From assembly GCA_051362555.1 (NCBI GenBank), contig CM120640.1, forward strand, positions 1,178,001 to 1,242,000: a DNA stretch of 64,000 bases, in the 5' to 3' direction. Under the pieces are notes generated by a model that had not been told where the DNA came from, did no database searches, and saw only the letters and a program-made list of their open reading frames with translations. Of this stretch, positions 20,899-35,800 are shown one piece after another. The stretch comes from Lingula anatina. Taxonomy: Eukaryota; Animalia; Brachiopoda. The position numbers were made by a program, and so were the translations under genes. The first letter of the stretch is position 1. Each line of letters starts with the position of its first letter.

Positions 20899-23800
20899 AC
20901 ATTAAAAAAATTGAATTTTAGATTAATAGGGAAGAAATTAACATGTTCATTTGTCATTCATGTCAAAGATCGTAATTGTTAAATATCTTGTTCACATACG
21001 CATTCATCACGAAGTTCTACTACAAGTAGTCAGCTTAGTTCAACCTGTGGGGCAGTGTAATGTTGGTAATTTACAATGTTGCTGGGAACTAAGAGCTTTC
21101 CACTATGAATGATACATTTTAAACTACTAATATTAGCCAGGAGTAATTCTAAGATCATCAGTTCATTTGATAAGTTTGGTGATATGAAGCCAATTTGTTA
21201 ATAAATCAAACAATATAACAATGTTTTAAGAAAATTAGTGAACATCACAAAATTTTAATATCAAATATTTTTAGTCTACAAAACCTGCTAATCTTGTCTC
21301 CACTAACCTCTTAGCCATGGTGTGTATCTCAGCGTAGTCCACCTCCTCCATGAAGATAGACGTGGACATATTCTGTGGTGTGGATGAACCCTGGGGCTCA
21401 AGCTGGGACATACTCAGCAGTGTCTGGTCAGCAGGCGCCCTCTTGTGGCTGTCTACCTCCAGGGTCGGCTGCAGCACTGGCGCCTGGAGAGTAAAGGAAA
21501 TGTTACATGAAAAATTATCTTTTAAATATTTCTCCTATTGGGATTTTACTATTTAATTAAAATGCATTATAGTATGAATTTGATGAATTCCTTATTTAAA
21601 AAAATTATCTGAACTTTTAAAACTTTCTTGACATCAATGATTTTATACTGAAATGAAATAAAGTGATAAAAATAATGACAAATATACCATTTTATTATTT
21701 TTTTTTTTTATAATCAATTGGCAGTGAGTTACTCAGATATTTCATAATCTTTCAAAATGGCTTTAAATTTATTTAGCTCAGTTTAATTTTTTTATTTTGA
21801 AAAAAATCTCCACTGCTTAATAAATATACTAGCCTTCTCTTGCATTCTCTGTTGTTGTAATTTTTGGTGTTCTTGCTGCAGCTGTTGGTATTGTTGCTCT
21901 AATTGCTGACACTGTTCTTGCAACTGCTGGTTTTGCTGCTGTAACTGTTCCATCTGCTGATACTGCTGCTGTAACTGCTGATGCTGTGTATACAACTGTT
22001 GGTAATGTTGTTGTAATGTTACCATCTGTTGTTCTCTCTCCTGTAGTCCCTGGACAACACTGGACAGTTGTGAGTGCAGGTGTCCTCTCTCCTCTGACAG
22101 CTGAGTCACCTGACACAAGACAAGACAGCTTGTTAACACTGGATCAATAGGATGTTGGGCAAGCATTTTGAAAGTATGGTATTCAAGTGACTAAACTCCA
22201 AGAATAAGTCCATCAAAATACACCAATTATCTGTTTTAAATGACTGGAGAAAAATATGTTTCAAAAATGAAGCATGCTTATTTATAGGACTCGGAACCTA
22301 CACACCATAAAATTGCTCAAATTGCACTAAACACAACAATTAGCCCTGGGGAATTTGGACAATTTGATTTCTCCAATTTAAAGGAATTTGTCTTAATAAA
22401 ACCAATAAACCAGACTGCTGTACCTGCATAGCCAGCTGCTGTGCTTTGATAGCAGACTGGTTGAGGTCTTTCGCTTTCTTCTCTACCTCCTGGTGAAGCT
22501 GGTCCTTCTCTCCTCTCAGCCTGGTCAACTGCTCCTGTAGCTGGCTGTACTGGGCCTGATACGCTGACAGCTCCTCACTACCAGCCGCAGCTATCTCAAG
22601 CTGAAAATATTTAAAGAATAAAAAATCAATTAAACAAATTAAAGAAATTATTTTGTAAAAAATCAATAAATTGATAATGGCTGAATCTAACAATGCCTAA
22701 AATCTGAAGAATGATCTGAAGAATGATCAAAAACTTTTTACAGACTAGGTCAAAAATATTTTATGGAAATGTTAAGTTATATACATCAAGAAATTTCATG
22801 TTCTGTCAAAAAGTAAAAATAAATTATTAATATATCAAATTTAAAAAAATTATAAACGCAAATAAGTCATACATCAAAAATTAAGGATTCTCTCAAATAG
22901 ATAATGAGATTTATGAAAAGAGCCCAACCTGGGACTTGAGGTGCTCCATCTCAGACAGCAATCTGTTATTTTCTTCTTTGGCCTTTTTAGCTTCAGAAGC
23001 AGACGTGTCTCTCTCCTCCATCATCTGCTGCAGCTGCGCATTCTGCTGGTCCAACTGCGACTGGAGGGTTTCTTTTTCTGTCGCCAGGTGGCTCTGCTGT
23101 TGCTGCAGGGTTTCTCGCTCTAGTTTCATGTGTTTTTGCTCTTGCTGCAATGCCTAGAAAAAGTCATTTTGGTTTAAATTTAAGAATATAATGTGATATT
23201 TCTAATGTCTGTTGCAATTAAGTAACATCTCATGACACTGCTAGTGACAGTAATGTGTGTAAGTATGTGCAAGTAGCAAATTTGAAAAAAAGTTCTAGAA
23301 AAAATCTTAAATAGAAAAAACAAAATGCTTGAAAGGTTATTTTAAAGGTTTGGAAAAAATCCAAAATCAACTATGACTTATCCAAAAACTAAACTGTGAC
23401 ATGTCCAAGGTAATAATGATTTAATATAGCATCAATGTGTTACAATGTACCTGGAACTCCATCTGTGCCTGCTGCAAGTCATGTAACTTCTCCTGCAGCT
23501 CTCTGTTCTGTTTGACCAATGACGTGTTATCTTCCAGAACTTTATCATGTTGCTCTGTCAGAATGGTGTGTTCACTCTCAATGTTCCCAAAGTCCTGGAT
23601 TCTGTCATTCAGGGTGTTGATCTGTTTCTTCAGGGCACTGTTTTCAGACTGGAGTTTAAACAGCTGGTTTCTGGTCTCCTCTAGTTCCTCCTCAAGAGAG
23701 CTGAATTCTTCAATTTTCCATTTTAATCCTTCAAGTTCATCCTCTAGTTCAGTCCTTTCTTTTTCAACCACAGATAATCTCTCCTGTAAATTCTTTAAAT

Positions 23801-26800
23801 CTTCTGCCATTTCCTCACTGGACTCCCCTGAAGACTTCAGACTGTCCACCTCTTCCTGGAGAGCAGACACCTGTTTCTGGAAGGCACTGTTCTGCCTGGA
23901 CAGGGAGACATTTTCTGTCTGAAGATTTGTCACCTGTTCTTCCAGCTCCATCTGCCCCAAGGCTGCGTCTTTTAATTTCTTACATTCCTGTTGAAGCATG
24001 TTGACTTCCTGTTTGGAGTTTTCCAGTTCATTCTGCAAACTTGACTGATTAATTTCTCTTTCAGTCTCTTGCATGCTAAGGCTCTCATTTAAGGTCTTAT
24101 TTTCATCTTTAAGGTTCTCCAGCTCTGAGTGAAGAGATTCAGATTTTTCCTGCAATTTGGAATGTGATTCTCTCAGATCCTTCAATTCAGTTTTCATCTC
24201 AGTGTTCTCAGCCAGAACTCCAGCCAATTTGGCCTCCAGATTAACAACCTCTTGCTCAGATTCTTCAGCTTGTGTTTTATAATTTTGCAGGGTTTCCACA
24301 ATGGTCTCATACTCCTCATTTTTCTTTTGTAAATCAGCATTTGACTCTCGTAGAGACCCTATAACATCTGACAACTGCTCGTGATCAGTCACTAGCAAGC
24401 TGTACTGGGATTTCAACTCTGCATTTTGCTCCAACAGTTCTCCCTTTTCTATTGTGCCCCGTTCTTGAAGCTGCTTCAAATGTGACTCAAGATTCTCTTT
24501 TTCTTCGAGAAGAGTTTGTAATTGTGACCCAAGTTCAGATTTTTGTAACTGCATGGTTGACTGCAATTGGTCTATTGTTTGACTTAATTGTTCTCTTTCT
24601 GATTTAAAATGTTCTTGTAATTCTGACAGGTTTTCCCGTTCAGAAGACAGTTCCTCCATTAACCGATCACACTGTTCATGAAGACTGTGGACCAGTTCAG
24701 ACTTTTCTAACAGGCTTGATTCCAACTCAGTCTTCTTTGTTTTCTCGGACTCAAACTCATCCTTTAGAATCTTTCTCTCCTGATCAGCTTCCCCAAGCTT
24801 ATCTGATAGACTGCTGACCTCAGAAGTCAACCTGGCAACTTCAGCTTCCAGATCTCTATTAGGGTCTTCACCATGATCTCCCACGGATTCCAATTTTGAG
24901 GTCAGCTGGTCCACTTTGGCCTGTAACTGGTCATTTTTCCCTTTAAATGCCTTTAGCTTGACCAGCATCTTCTGTGCTTTAGCTTCTGTTGACTCCAACT
25001 TGCTCTTCACTTTCTGGTGTTCAGCTTCAAGTGTTGCGTATTTTTCCTCTGTGTCAGGTGATACAGCAGACTGCCTGGTGTGTTCTTGCTCTACCTGACC
25101 CTCCACTCTCTGAGCCCAGTCTTCTTGCTGTTTGGCCACACTGTCCACTCTAAGAGCTTCAACTTGCTCAGTCAAAGTCTGTTTTTCCTGAGACAACGTT
25201 TGCACTTGACTGGTCAAATCAGTTTTTTCACTACTTAGATCATGGATTTGACTAGATAGATTTGCCTTCTCTTCATTTAAGCTTCCAAGCTGTGTAAAAA
25301 GTTCCAGTTTTTCTGAACTTAGACTTTCATTCAAACCTGAGAGAGACAGCATGTCTTGATTTAACTTTTCAAGCTGTGCAGCATAGTCATTGCACTGAGT
25401 CAGCAAAGATGAAGATTTCTCAACTTCTTGTACAAGTTGTGAGTTCATGGATTTCAGATCTTCCAATAACTGATCTCTTGCTGCTGTTACAGTCTGTAGC
25501 TGCTGTTCAGCAGCTTCAAGTTCTTTCCTTGACTCTGAAAGTTTCTCCTGAAGTTTTTCTTTCTCAGAAATGGCACTGGCAATTTGCTCCTCTCTTCCCC
25601 TGGAAGTATCCATTAGTTCAGATTTATAAGTTTCTAACTGCTGTTCTAACTGAGAGGATCTTTCCTTCATTTCTTCTGCTTCAGCAAGCTGTGATTTCAA
25701 GTGGTTAATCTGTTCGTATGCACTTCCTAACTGCTCTTGTAGTTGTTGCATCTCTGCCACTACTTGCTTTTCTTCCATGCCAACTGCTTTTAATTTTGTT
25801 TCTAGTTCATCTAGCTGAGAATTCAGCTCCTGTTTCTCAAGGGCTACTCTTTCCATTTGTGAGATCAATTGATTGTTCTCTGAAAGTGCCCTCTGTAGCT
25901 GAGATTCCTTCTCTGCATCAGACAGTCCACTCTCTGAAATCTGCTGCTGAAGCTGTCGCTTCTCAGAGATGGCAGTCTCAAGGTTCTGCCTCATGGCTTC
26001 CAGTTCTGCTGCCAGCTGCTGCTTCTCAGCCTCAGCCGTTTCTTTTTCATGAAAACTGGAGTCCACTTCATCTTTGTATTTCTTAATGTTTGCAAGCTGG
26101 TCGTGTTTCTCAGTGGCCAAAAGTTCCGTCTGCTCCATAAGTTTTTCATTCTCGGCACCAAGCTGTTCCTTCTCCTCCTGCAGCTCTTTCACCTGACCTT
26201 CAAGGTCAGTCAACTGTGACAGAAGATCATGCTTCTCCATAGCGATTCTTTCAACCTGCTCCATCACTTTAGAATTCTCCGAAGACAACTGGTCTTTTTC
26301 TGTCTGCAGTGCTTCAAGCTGCAGTTTCATTGATTCGGCATCTGCCTGAGCAGTTTCAGAGCTAGAAGTCAATGACATATTTTGATTTTTCATTTCCTCC
26401 AACTGTTCTCTAAGAGATTGTAACTGCAGCTGAAGCTCATCTCCAACAGAAGCACTCTGTAACGTTCTTCCATGCTCCTCAACTAATGCTGCATGCTGAG
26501 AGCGTAGACTTTCCAATTCTGAGAGAGAATGCTGTTTTTCAGTCTCTGTGTCTCTCAGCATATCTTTCAGGCTATCCAACTGCCCCTGAAGTTCTTCACT
26601 CAGACTCTTGGTCTCCAACAACTTCCCATGTTCCTCTGCCAAAGCAGCATGCTGGTCCCTTAAACTAGCCAGTTCAGACTCCAGTTGAGCATTCTGAGAT
26701 TTGAATGCCTCTAACTCTACAGTGAGACTGGACCTCGTCCCAGTCAGTTCTAATTGGATCTTCTCCAGATCCGACATCAACTGAGAGTTCTCAGACCTCA

Positions 26801-29800
26801 GCCTCTCCAACTCTGGCACCAGCATGGTATTCACTGTATCCAGCTCTGACTGGAGGTGTTCACACGTCTGTGCCAGACTTTCCTTTTCTGCTATAGCTGC
26901 CTGTAACTCAGTTTGGAGTTTCTCAATCAAAGTGTCTTTTTCCTGCAACTTTATTTGCAGCTGTTCCACCTCTCCAACATGCCTGTTCACTTCTAACTCT
27001 TTTTCTGTGATGAACTCCTGAAGTCGCGCCACTTGCTGAGTGAGATGTTCTATGACCCCCTGTTTATCAGTGAGCTGAGCCTGTAGGGACTCCAATTCTG
27101 GGAGAGGGGCAGCAGAACCCTGGGACATTAACTGCTCCAGTTGCTGCTGCAGGGCATCTCTCTGTTGGCTTATCTTGGCAATGATGTTCTCCTTTTCTCG
27201 GAGGTTGGATTTGAGAAGCTCCAGTTCCTCATCGTGGACTGGGGTGCTTTCACGGCTTAATTCCTCAACCTTCTGGAGCAGGATTTCTCTTTCTTTTTGT
27301 AGTTCCTCTAGTTCACCAGCCTAGGGAGTAAAAAATAAGATATACAATCAATATCTAAAAAAGTCAAAGTTTTAAGTGCGACTAGTGGTTATCACACATG
27401 CAATGTGTTTAGTTATGTACAGTGGCTAGTAGACCTGATTAGACAGCTAAAACAGCCCATTTCAGTTCCCTATGGTTATAAAGTAAAATCATGTCAATGT
27501 ATTGTCAATCTTTTGCTCTGGTGGATTAGCAGGCTAGAACCTTAACCTGAAAGAACAGCAGAAAATTATCACATGCTAGAAAGCTAAAACTAAATATGAA
27601 GTTCCCCATTTTGGAGAAATTAAAAAAAAATTATACATATTAAGTCATTTTTGTATGTTCATTGACTGTATCAGGATCTGACATAATGGATTTTCTAAGT
27701 TTAACTTCTATTGCAGATAACATAGGAATATCAAACATGCTATCAAAGTGATTATTGAAAACCTTCAATCCCAGGAATTTTGTCAAGCAGAAAGAAACAC
27801 TTATGTAGTGAGGAAGGAAGAGGGAGGGAGAGAATTGGCTAATTTTAATCATCTTTATGAAACAGTGTCAATTCCACATCAGCCAGTGTATCAGTTTGAA
27901 CAATTACTACTACTTAAAATAACTTTAGGAAATTTGCTTAAAAAGAAATGAAAAGGAATAATCATTAATTTGCTGGAGTGATACATTCGTGTCTTAGTAA
28001 ATAGACTAGGGCAACTTAAATATTTTATAGGATGAACATTTACACCTTCCAAACAGTAACAAATAAAATGTCATATTGTCATCAGAGGCTGTCAAATAAA
28101 ATATAGGTGTTGAAATCAATTACAAATATTTTGTTAAAAGTGATAAGTCACACAAAGCTGGTTAAGAGCAATGTGATTTAAATGCTGAAATTAACACTAA
28201 AAATTAAACTTTGTGGTAATTACCAATTAAACATTAGTTAAAATTATAATACTCTAACAAAAAGCATTAATTTTTGTTAAATGGGTTAAAACTTAAGAAT
28301 ATCTGCCATTAGAATATAACTGCTGTTACAGTAACACATATTTACAATGACTGAGTATGGCAATGTGAATATGAGAGGTAACACAAAACACACATTGTAA
28401 TTTCAGAGTAATTTGATGACTTAGGCACTAAAGGAAGTGGTCCAAAACAAACTAAAATTAGGCTCCTTGAAAAATGATTCCAACAGTAACTGTAGTTTAT
28501 AGCCATAAAGAACCCTAAATCCAACATTTAACACTTAAAGAATTCTAATTCTGTCGAAGGAAATCCTTTCCTTCAGCCATAGTAACAAAACTTTAAGATT
28601 ATCCCCAGCAATAGGCCCATATTTATCAAAGACTAATGTATAGATCATATTTTACAGATGTAAGCTAAAGAAATTCCCCAAAAATAACATCAACCAAAAC
28701 CATATGTTTATTAAATATAACATTTTAACATAACTGTCCTCTTTTCCATACCATTATTTTACCCTCATATATCTCACCTTATTGATTATATTAGTCAGCT
28801 GAAATTAAACCAGTTTTGTATTGGATTATCAAGACAGTTCTAGGTAAAGCATGTGCTAAGATCAAAATAAAACAAAAATCTACAAATTCTGGCTGACAAA
28901 CAATAAAAAAAACAAGGCAAAAACATGCAAGAAACATCACAAAAGCAACTAGCAACAAATTTACTGACAACAATTTCTTCAAATTTAGGTCACGGGTAAA
29001 GACTCATTACAGTTCATAAACATGTGAACAAACAAACAAACAAACAAACAAACAAATATTCACCTGCTCTTCTGGCTGTGTTAACTGCTTCAGTTTCTGT
29101 TTCAGTTCATCTCTCTGCTTCTGGATTTGTTTACTCTTCAGGGACATCCCCTTCAGGACCTTCTCCTTGTCCTGGAGGGTCTTCTGCAGGATCTGGGTCT
29201 TCTCATTTGCTTGATGGACCTGGGGTTGTTTTAACAAGAATAGATTGGCTGTGATAAACAATGAACTTTTATTTGTAAAGAAATCTCAGGCACCAAAAGT
29301 CACTAAGTACTACAAATTATTTTAAAGCCTTTACAGGAAGCACTATGATTTCATAAAAATAATAAAATTTAAAAAAAATTTTGAAATTAAAAATATTTCC
29401 CTGGGTTCACTGATAATTATTGGTATTTAGTGATCATTGCTCTGTCAAGTTTCACAAATATCAGTTTTCCATATTGAAGTATGATATACCATTGATGGGC
29501 AATGTGGTTGATATTTTGTAACAAATCTCACACCTGTCTCAGCCAAAAAGCACATATTTCTAAATAAGCCACTAAGAGGAGAACAAAGTCAAAATATTTC
29601 AGAGCACCTGCATCTGCAGCTCCTGAATGTGTTCAGCAAAGTTCTGGAACTGCAGCCCCATCTGGTGGAGGTAGTACTCCCGCTGCTGTATCATCACCTC
29701 CAGCGCTATCACGCGGTCACGGTATACCTCGCTGTCTTCCGAGGGGGGTGGGGACTGGGCCAGGGGTGGGGTGCGGGGGCTGGGGGTTCTCCCTGGGGGT

Positions 29801-32800
29801 GGGGATCTGGCAGCAGCCTACGAAGCAGAACAGGGCAAGCTTTCATTTGTTTCAGTACAATTAGCATGAATTTTTACATTTTGTTTTTCCTGAACTTATA
29901 ACAATACTGAATAATATTACAAACAAGCTAAATTTCAGTTGTTCTAACACAAAATGTTTATGTTTGTTATTTACATGAATGCAAACTTGAAAAGTACCAA
30001 TCTTCACTTTGTTTTTTTAGAGCAAAGAATTGATGAATAGTCCTAGATTATTCACTGTACTTGAAAGAAAATTTTGACAATTCAAAATGAACAATAAGAA
30101 ACATTTATAAAAATTCATGAAGTCATTAAATATAACAGTTTTTAATTGCCCTTTCACAGACTTAATCCTCTATTTCTCACTTTAACCTGCTCTATCCAAT
30201 GATTACTAGCCATTTTCTAAAACTTACTGCTTGTGCATTCTGCAGCTCGGCCAGTTGTCTCTCATACTGTGCAGCAGTGTTCTGCAGGGTCTGGATCTGG
30301 CCAGCAGATGCCTGGAGCTGGTGCTCGTACTGAATCACTTTGCCTTGAAGGTTCTCTACTTGGCTGGCTGACTCCTGCAGCTGGTGCTCATACTGTGTTA
30401 GCTTTTCTTGGAGACCCTCTACCTGGCTGGCTGAATCCTGGAGCTGTTGGGTTAACTGTTCCACCTTTTCTTCATTCTGCTGTGATGTGGCCTGACTGGT
30501 ACCTTGAATACAAAATTCAGTGCTTATCATATGCATTCAAATGATTAAATAAACTGTAAACTTACATTTTTCAATTCTGAAATCTCAAGTTCACTTCTAA
30601 ATTCCATAAAAACTTCAAATCAAATAATAATATTATGAAGAAAAATAAAGGCTTTCAAACTACTATTTACAAGAAAAATGTGTAGTAGGATAATTAATTT
30701 AAAATTTGTCACAGAAGGTAATCAAGTTTAAAAATAAAATGACAGTAAATGCCTGTATCACATTAAAAATCAGCAAAACAAAACACTGGTACACAGTGTA
30801 ATCAGATGTATTGCTATGCAGTCGAGTATTTACTGCTTTAAGTACCTGGCACATCACATCAAGCACAGATGTTTACCTTGCAGTGCAGCATGTTGGGGCC
30901 GCACCATCTCCTCCACAACCTCCATGGAGTCTCCTCCTTGTGTCATCTGCTGCATCTCCTCTCCTTCATGGGACTGTCTTTCCTTTCCCTTCTCCTTCAA
31001 ATGCTTGTTTTCCAGTTTCAGTTTCTTTATCAGCATCAAATACTTTTTCATTTGAGTTTCTTTATCCTTAAGTGTTTTTCTCACTGTCTCCAAAGCTTCA
31101 TCTTTTTCATCCTTTTCTGCGAGTTGATCTTTCTCTACTGCCTGCTGGTCAATTAGATCTGCTTTCTCCTTATCTTGGTCTGTTCCAGGAAGAATAACCC
31201 GAGATTCCTTCTCAGAAAGCAGTGACTGAATCTTCTGTTCTTTCTCTGCAACTGTTTCATTGAGGTGCTGTATGACCTCTGCTGCCTCCTGGACTTGCAC
31301 TCTCAAGGTGTGCGTCTCCTCAGCATATTCTTCCACTTTTGAATTCATTTCCTGAATCTCTTCCATGAAAGAGGACATGCTTTTCTCCTTGTTTGAGAAA
31401 GCATTCTTGATTTTCTGTAAATGTTTATTGGAATGTTCCAGTCTAGTCTGAAGTACCTGTATTTCATTGATGTAACGTTCCAGTTCTCCTTCCAATTCCT
31501 GCTGCTCAGTTGTCATGGCAACTATTTGTCCATCTTTTTCCGTGATTGAGGCACTCAACTCTTCAGCGTGATCAGACGTGGTTGACAACTCGGCTGTTAA
31601 GTTATATATCTGCAGATCTTTTTCAGACACAATATCGTGCAGTTTCTTGGCATGATCAACAGCCATTTTTAGTTCCTCCTGAAGGTTTTCATCCTGGCTC
31701 GTGACTTTAGTCAACTGCTCCTGTAAAGAGGCAATTTCTGTGTCCTTCCCCTGAAGAGCTCCCTCAGTTGTTTCTAGACTTGTCTTGAGGTTGACTATCT
31801 GGGTAGCATACTCTTGTATCTGCTCATTAAGTTGTTGAATGGACTGAGACATGACAATCAGCTGCTGGTCCTTTTCTTCAGCAGACACCTGAGCCTGTTC
31901 ACTCTGTTGTGCTGTATGGTCCACCTGACATCTCAGCCTTTCCTTTTCAACATCCACAGTTTGAAGTTGTTCTGCAAGTTCTGACAAAGAGGAATTCAAT
32001 GTCATTATTCTCTCCTCTTTTTCAGCCAATGTTGTTTGAAGAGACTGCTTTTCTTCCGCAACAGTTTTCAGCTTGGCTTTAACAGCATCAAGTTCTTCCT
32101 CTTTTACAGATATTAATTCCTGTGATTCCTTTAACTGTCTTGTCTCCAATTCCAGCTGTTTAGTAATTTGCTCAATATCGCTGTCCTTTTTGTGTAAGAT
32201 GTCATCTTTTTCTCTAAGTCTCTCATCCAGGTCACCAGCCTGAGCCTCTTGTGATGCTCTCAAACTGTGAACCTCAGCAACACTCTCCTGTAACTTGGCA
32301 CTGATCTCTTGGAGGGTTTCATGTAATGTTGCTATCTCTTTGTTCTTATCCTCTTCAGAATATTTCAGAGTGTCACAGTCTGACAGCGCTTGTTTAAGCT
32401 GCTCTTTAACAGCTGCTATCTCGCTGGAAGCCTCTTCAAGTTGCATGTCTCTCTGTTCTACATCGGCTGCAGCATTCTTCCTAAGATCTTCCAACTTTTC
32501 TCTCAATGCTTTCACCTCATCATTTTTGGATTCTACACTTTCAATCAGAGAGGCCATGTGCCCTTCTTTTTCAGCTGCCATCTGCTGGATATCTTCAAGT
32601 TTAGATTTTGTTTTCTGAAGCTCTTCCTGCAACTTTTCATATTCATTTTGTTGCAAGGTTCCCTGGCCTTGGAGCTGTGAGACCTGCTCACTCAATTCTA
32701 AAATCATCTGGTCTTTGCCAGAAAGAGAATGCCGTACTTCTTCTGTTCCCTGAGAGAGGACTGCAACTTGAGTATTAAGTTTCTCCCTCTCTTGTTTGGA

Positions 32801-35800
32801 AAGATCGAGCTCCATCTGAGTATCCTGTAGCTGTGACTTCAGGTTCTGAATGTCATCTGCGTACACCTGCAGCTGGTTTGCAGAGTCCTCAAGTTTTGCC
32901 TTATGCCAGTCCAAGTCTGCACTAGTTTGCTCCAATATGGTGGACAAATTGTTCACATTTTCAGTAAACTTTGCTATTTCTTCAAACTTAGCTTCAAGGT
33001 CTAATTTAAACTGCTGGTTTTCTTCTACAAGCTGCTTGTTCCTATTTGTGCTATCATCCAGTTGTGTTCTCATCTCGTCCAATTTATCTGCCGACTCTGT
33101 TAAGTGTGATTCCCTTTCAGCCAGAGTTTTATTTCTTTCCTCTTTCTCTTCCTGAAGTGACTGTACCTGACTAATGAGTTCTTGATATTGTACTTTAAAC
33201 TGTTCTAGTTCTTCACTAATACTCTGCTGCTTTGTATTGGCTTGTTGCAAGTTCTCCATTATATGGGACATCTCAGAGTCTTTCTCCACAAGATTCTCAG
33301 AAAGTGTAGCCATAACATTTTCTTTTTCCAGCAAAAGAGTAGATTTTTCCTCTAGCTCAGCAGAGACCTTTTTAAATTCCTGCTGCCAAACCTCCTGCTG
33401 CTCTGCCATTTCAGTCATATTCTGTTTCAGTTCATCGCAGATCTGATTCAGAGCAGTGATTCTTTCATCTCTGTCAACAACTGCGGCCTGCTGTCTCTCA
33501 CATTCCTGCTGCAGGTGCTCCGTCTGCTGAGCAGAGAACTGCAGTTGAGATGACGTGGCCTCAACTTGTTGACTAAGCTGGGATATGCACTGGTCTTTCT
33601 CCATCATCACAGCCTGGTTCTCTTCTGATGCCACCTGAATCTGGGCAAGCATGGCCTTGTATTCCTGTTTCTCTTTTTCTAACTTCTCAAATTTCTCTTC
33701 AGAAGACATCCCAGTCTCTTCCAGCTGTTGCTGCACCTCTGTGAGTTGGTTTATCAACATGTCCTTTTCTTCTTTGTGTCTTTGTTCATTCTTATCTAGC
33801 TGTTGTTGCAGTTCAGCTAACTGTGACTCAAAGCCTTCTTTTTCTGACAAATAATTTTCACTGGCTTCTTCAGAAGATTTCCCCACTTCTTCAATCTGTT
33901 GTTGCAACTCAGTAAGCTGGGCAATCAAAGTATCTTTTTCTTCCTTATAATTTTGACTTTTCTGATCTAACAAATCTTGGAATTCTGTCAGCCTGTCTTC
34001 AAGTGCTTGTTTCTCTTGCTTGAACTGTTCATCCTTTTCCTCTGAAGTCTTCATTAAAGATTCTACTTGTTCCTGCAACTCTGTTAGCTGAGCTATCAAC
34101 AAACCTTTTTCTTCACCATGGTTTTTAGTATTTTGTTCTAGCTGGGTGGTAAGATCCCTTAATGCTGCATTCAATTCTTGTTTTTCTTTTTCATATCTTT
34201 CAGCTTTCTCTTCAGAAGACATGCCAGTCTCTTCAAGTTTCTGTTGCACTTCTGATAGCTGATTTATCAACATCTCTTTTTCCTCTTTATGTGTTTGGGT
34301 ATTAGTCTCCAATTGCTCTTGTTTTTCTGCAACTTTTGTTTCCAGATCATTCCTTTCATTTTCAAGTCTTTCAGTCTTCTCTTCAGAAGTCACTCTTGCA
34401 TCTTCCATTTGCTGCTGAAGATCTATTAGTTGCTGTATCAACAAGTCCTTCTCTTCTTTGTATTTCTGATTATTGTTTTCTATTAGTTCCTGTAATTCTC
34501 CTACCTTGGCCTCATACTCTTTCCTTTCTTCAATAAAACTCTCTTTGGCTTCTTCAGAAGACTTCTCCACATCTTCAAACTGTTGCTGTAATTCAGTACG
34601 TTGAGCAATAAGAGTGTTTTTTTCTTCCTTATATTTCTGACTTTTCCGATCTAACAAATCTTGGAACTCAGTAAGTCCGTTTTCAAGTGCTTGTTTCTCT
34701 TGCTTGAACTGTTCATCTTTTTCCTCAGAAGTCTTCATTAGAGATTCCACTTGTTCTTGCAGCTCTGTTAGTTGAGCTATCAACAGACCTTTTTCTTCAC
34801 CATGGTTTTTAGTATTTTGTTCTAGCTGGATTGTAAGATCCCTTAATGCTGTGTTTAATTCTTGTTTTTCTTTTTCATATCTTTCAGCCTTCTCTTCAGA
34901 AGACATGCCAGTCTCTTCAAGTTTCTGTTGCACTTCTGATAGCTGGTTTATCAACATCTCCTTTTCCTCTTTGTGTGTTTGGGTATTAGTCTCCAATTGC
35001 TCTTGTTTTTCTGCAACTTTTGTTTCCAAGTCATTCTTTTCATTTTCAAGTCTTTCAGTCTTCTCTTCAGAAGTCACTCTTGCATTTTCCATTTGCTGCT
35101 GAAGGTCTGTTAGTTGCTGTATCAACAAGTCCTTCTCTTCTTTGTATTTCTGGTTATTGTTTTCTATTTGTTCCTGTAATTCTCCTACCTTGGCCTCATA
35201 CTCTTTCCTTTCTTCAATAAAACTCTCTTTGGCTTCTTCAGAAGACTTCTCCACATCTTCAAACTGTTGTTGTAATTCAGTAAGCTGAGCAATCAAAGTA
35301 TCTTTTTCTTCCTTATATTTTTGGCTTTTGTGGTCTAACAAATCTTGGAACTCTGTAAGTCTGTCTTCAAGTGCTTGTTTCTCTTCTTTGAACTGTTTTT
35401 CATTTTCTTCAGAAGTTTTGGTTAGAGAATCTACTTGTTCTTGCAGATCTGTAAGCTGAGCTATCAACAAACCTTTTTCTTCACAATGGTTTTTAGCATT
35501 TTGTTCTAGCTGGGAGGTAAGATCCCTTAATGCTGCATTCAATTCTTGTTTTTCTTTTTCATATCTTTCAGCTTTCTCTTCAGAAGACATGCCAGTCTCT
35601 TCAAGTCTCTGCTGGACTTCTGATAGCTGGTTTATTAACATCTCTTTTTCTTCTTTGTGTTTTTGATTATTTATCTCCAATTGCTCTTGCACTTCTGCAA
35701 CTTTTGTTTCCAGATCATTCCTTTCATTTTCAAGTCTTTCAGTCTTCTCTTCAGAAGTCACTCTTGCAACTTCCATTTGCTGCTGAAGATCAGTTAGTTG

